Shown here: positions 33,629-36,471 of the stretch, piece by piece
Numbering within the stretch: position 1 is the stretch's first letter
Layout of the letters: each line of letters opens with the position of its first letter
IMG/VR virus record: IMGVR_UViG_3300030330_001673
Span: 1-36,471 of that record
Origin: a virus
Taxonomy: Duplodnaviria; Caudoviricetes
Length of the DNA: 36,471 nt
Strand: one strand, 5' to 3'
Made by a program: the position numbers and the translations under genes
The notes under the pieces: generated by a model
What the model was told of the DNA's origin: nothing
Database searches by the model: none
What the model saw: only the letters and a program-made list of their open reading frames with translations

Positions 33629-34444
33629 TTATCTGCCCATCATTCGCCTTACGGCATCTGATGATTGTTGGCTTCTATCTCCGCTTAAATATTTTTGAAT
33701 TAAACTTTGTTCATTTTGCGGACTGCCATCAGCTGCAATACTTTCAGCAGTATTGTGGCTAGGGCCAGAACTAGCAAGTTGATTGCCAGTTTGCACAAGT
33801 TTGCCAGCTACTTTAGCATAGTTTTCCATTTGCTCAGGTGTTGTAAAAACATCTAAAGCTGACGGATCAATGCCATATTGGTTGGCTATTTTATGTTTTG
33901 TGGTTAATCTGTTTTCTTGTTGGTTCTTTTCTCTTTGCTGTGCCAATCTTTCTTTTTCCTGATTAAGTTCTACCCTTTGCATGTAAATAGCTGCTTCATC
34001 AGCTGCCTGACGATTTGCCATTCTTCTTGCGGCGTTTGCATCATAACCTTGATCTACATAGTCAGCTGTAAGTTTTTCTGCATACTGGACTTTCTTTTGC
34101 TCAATCATATTTTGAGTTTCCTGTTGGGTAGCTCTTTTATTTTCGGCTTCAAGTTGTTCCATGCGTGCTTGCATTTCAACTAATTGCTTTTTAAGTTTAT
34201 CTTGGTTCTTGTGCTCTGCACTTTGTAGTTTAGAAACTTCTTCTGGTGTAAAGCTTTTTTGTTCAGCTTCAGTATCCGCAGAAGATTGTTCGTTTGATTC
34301 TACTCCACTGGGCTCTTGCGCCTGATCCCCGTCACCAAGTAATGCAGTTTCATCACTCTGAACCTGTGTAGGCTCAGAATTTTGTGGTGCTTCTGGTTGA
34401 GTTTCAGTTGTGTTTTCCTGTGAAGGAGTGTTATCTGTCACCAT
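33629..34444 (-). CDS. Capsid scaffolding protein
   Basis: Acidic disordered N-terminus, long coiled coil, and position directly upstream of the capsid gene. Confidence 0.75.
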   Translation of the reverse strand: MVTDNTPSQENTTETQPEAPQNSEPTQVQSDETALLGDGDQAQEPSGVESNEQSSADTEAEQKSFTPEEVSKLQSAEHKNQDKLKKQLVEMQARMEQLEAENKRATQQETQNMIEQKKVQYAEKLTADYVDQGYDANAARRMANRQAADEAAIYMQRVELNQEKERLAQQREKNQQENRLTTKHKIANQYGIDPSALDVFTTPEQMENYAKVAGKLVQTGNQLASSGPSHNTAESIAADGSPQNEQSLIQKYLSGDRSQQSSDAVRRMMGR

Positions 34445-34469
34445 GTATCCTCGTTAATAGTTTAAGTAT

Positions 34470-34498
34470 ATGATAATTTACGTTAGTCTTAACGTCAA
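34470..34498 (-). promoter_or_regulatory. Putative promoter of the scaffold-capsid operon
   Basis: Minus strand TTGACG(34498-93)-N17-TATCAT(34475-70), followed by a GAGGA RBS. Confidence 0.65.
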
Positions 34499-36471
34499 TC
34501 ACTTAAACTCAGGAAATAATTCTGGTTCTCCAAGGGCTTCACTTAGTGTTGGCCTAGGTGTTGGTGTAGCTACTGGTTCATTTCTTTCTTGCCTTATGTC
34601 TAATAGTCCATCATTAGGGTTCGGGTCTAAATATTTTTTGTAAATGTAAAGCCTAGCTAAGTTTAAATAACCAGCATTGCCACCTTTAGCTGTAATTCTT
34701 GCTTCTCTTATTGCCTTGTCATACTCCGCACCATTTAGCGGGTTGTTAAAGTCACTTAGGTACTCGTAGCCCGGTGCATAAGTTTTTCTTGCTCTGTACT
34801 CTTTAATGTATTCGTTTTGTTCGTCTGTCCATTTCTTTTCTTGTTCTTCTATTAACTCCACAAACAATGCACCATCAAAAACTTGGTTTCTTACTGAGTT
34901 GTCAATTATTTCGTAATAATCGTACAAGGCAGCTTCATTTTGGTTTCTAGGGTCATTTCTTGTTTCATCAAGAAAATCAGCACCATTAGTTTCCCTATTT
35001 TGATCTCTTCTACCCCTAATGTAATCTGCCGTTTCTTGGCTGTCTCTTCTAAATTCACGTATGCTTGCTGCTGTAATGTCTCTTGGTTTGCCATCTACTG
35101 TGTAAAACAACTGGTTAAGCAAACTCATTTGTTTGTAGTAATACAAAGCTTCTATCTTAGCTGCTTCTTCTCTGTAACCACCAAACTGCATAGCAGATTC
35201 TAATCGCACAAGTTCTACACCCGGATCGTTGTTAATTTTTGCCAATGCAACTGCATCACCTTCGTCTAATATTTCACTGTAATCTTTGCCATAAAGTTTT
35301 TGAGATATTCTGTTTCTTTCGTTATTTAAAGTTTCTGGGTCTTTGGCATTGAAACCTAAAAACTCAATTATAGACCAATACCTTGGTTCGTCTAATGGTA
35401 TTCCAAGTTGTTCTTTAGTTTCGTCACGTTCAGCTACTAATGATTCACCTAATTCTTGTGCAATAATAGGTATTCTTTCTTTTGACAAAACGTAAAGTCC
35501 ATTTGCAGATACATCTATTATTTCGCCATCATAGGTTCTAATTTCACCTGTATTAATTAATTCAGCAAACGATAAAAGACCATTAAGACCTATACCTGCT
35601 TTACCTTCAAGCAACCTTATAAATTCATCATCTATTTTTTCAAAATCACCTTTGTTAGCATGATTTGAGCTTCTTGCAAAAGTTCTTAAAAATGGATGAT
35701 ATGCACCATAAATTGGAAATTGTGTGCCATCTGGTAGTACAGCATGCAGGTAATCACTTCTATCTGGGTTGTCTATGTTCATCATTTTACCTGTGCTTTT
35801 ATAAGTTATTGCTACGCCAAGTAATCCCATTCCGCCAATAAAACCAGCCATTGACCTTCTTGCATATCTACCAGCTTCACCACCTCTAAAACTTGTGTAG
35901 AATTGTGACATAATTGCTCTAAAAAATCTTGCAGCAAACGCAGCAAATTGTTCAAAATCTGCTTGTTTACCATATACACCAATTTGTGCATAGTTTTCTG
36001 TACCAACGTCTCTTCTAATAGCACTGCCTAAATCAGCTAAATCTTTCCTAAACCTGTCTACATCAACGCCATCTTGTTTTAGTGCATTTAAGTCACCTAA
36101 CAACTCTGCCCTGCTAGCTATACCATGTCTTTGCAATAGTGAAGCATCCCTTATACCCGGTAAAAAACTACCAACTCTTCTTGCATTTTTTTGCAAATCA
36201 CTTATCTTTTTAATTTCTGTTGCTGCTTTCCATAATTCCACTTGCGCCACAAATACAGCTTTTTCAAAAAATTGATTTGTAGCATCAAGATATGCACCAA
36301 GAACTGGTATTTGTGTTGGGAAGTTTGAAATACCACCTGTGTACATAAATTCAGTTGGTAAACTAACAGCTCCCCACTTTATGCCAGTAACAACAGCTTC
36401 ATAGTTTTTTTCAATGTAAGCGTAGGGGCTTTCAACATGTTTTATGGTTGAGTTAAACATTGCTTTGGCTA
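34499..36471 (-). CDS. Giant internal virion/ejection protein, 3' part (continuation of 1..5407)
   Basis: The listed 653-aa ORF starts at an internal Met inside the terminal overlap. The offset of 36372 is a multiple of 3, so the frame matches 1..5407. Confidence 0.88.
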   Translation of the reverse strand, partial: AKAMFNSTIKHVESPYAYIEKNYEAVVTGIKWGAVSLPTEFMYTGGISNFPTQIPVLGAYLDATNQFFEKAVFVAQVELWKAATEIKKISDLQKNARRVGSFLPGIRDASLLQRHGIASRAELLGDLNALKQDGVDVDRFRKDLADLGSAIRRDVGTENYAQIGVYGKQADFEQFAAFAARFFRAIMSQFYTSFRGGEAGRYARRSMAGFIGGMGLLGVAITYKSTGKMMNIDNPDRSDYLHAVLPDGTQFPIYGAYHPFLRTFARSSNHANKGDFEKIDDEFIRLLEGKAGIGLNGLLSFAELINTGEIRTYDGEIIDVSANGLYVLSKERIPIIAQELGESLVAERDETKEQLGIPLDEPRYWSIIEFLGFNAKDPETLNNERNRISQKLYGKDYSEILDEGDAVALAKINNDPGVELVRLESAMQFGGYREEAAKIEALYYYKQMSLLNQLFYTVDGKPRDITAASIREFRRDSQETADYIRGRRDQNRETNGADFLDETRNDPRNQNEAALYDYYEIIDNSVRNQVFDGALFVELIEEQEKKWTDEQNEYIKEYRARKTYAPGYEYLSDFNNPLNGAEYDKAIREARITAKGGNAGYLNLARLYIYKKYLDPNPNDGLLDIRQERNEPVATPTPRPTLSEALGEPELFPEFK
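36373..36471. repeat. 99-bp terminal direct repeat (circular assembly overlap), right copy
   Basis: Identical to 1-99. Confidence 0.97.

Noticed and set aside
36373-36471. 99-bp repeat as a biological terminal repeat or att site
   Set aside because: It falls in the middle of a gene and its length matches a common assembler k-mer, so it is best read as a circularisation overlap.

Overview
This window is an apparently complete circular genome (36,372 bp unique) of a small podovirus-like tailed dsDNA phage. Bases 1-99 are identical to 36373-36471, which is the assembly overlap. Virion genes lie on the minus strand: small and large terminase, portal, probable ejection proteins, scaffold, major capsid, decoration protein, adaptor, nozzle, tail fibres, a cluster of very basic microproteins and a holin-like gene. 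The seemingly empty 1-5407 region is the 5' part of one ~2426-aa ORF that crosses the contig junction and contains an ADP-ribosyltransferase-like module. The central 12.7-21.9 kb holds early and replication genes: a GP88-like protein, DUF932, two XRE HTH regulators, a P-loop kinase, a Cas4/RecB-like nuclease, a lambda-O-like initiator with iterons, DnaC and a resolvase-like nuclease. I recognised no integrase, DNA or RNA polymerase, endolysin, tRNA or CRISPR array. A 14-bp palindromic operator sits inside three promoters, and several intergenic regions look like structured RNAs. Motifs recalled from Chloroflexota proteins suggest a Dehalococcoidia/SAR202-type host, which is an inference. All family calls come from reading motifs by eye; no searches were run.
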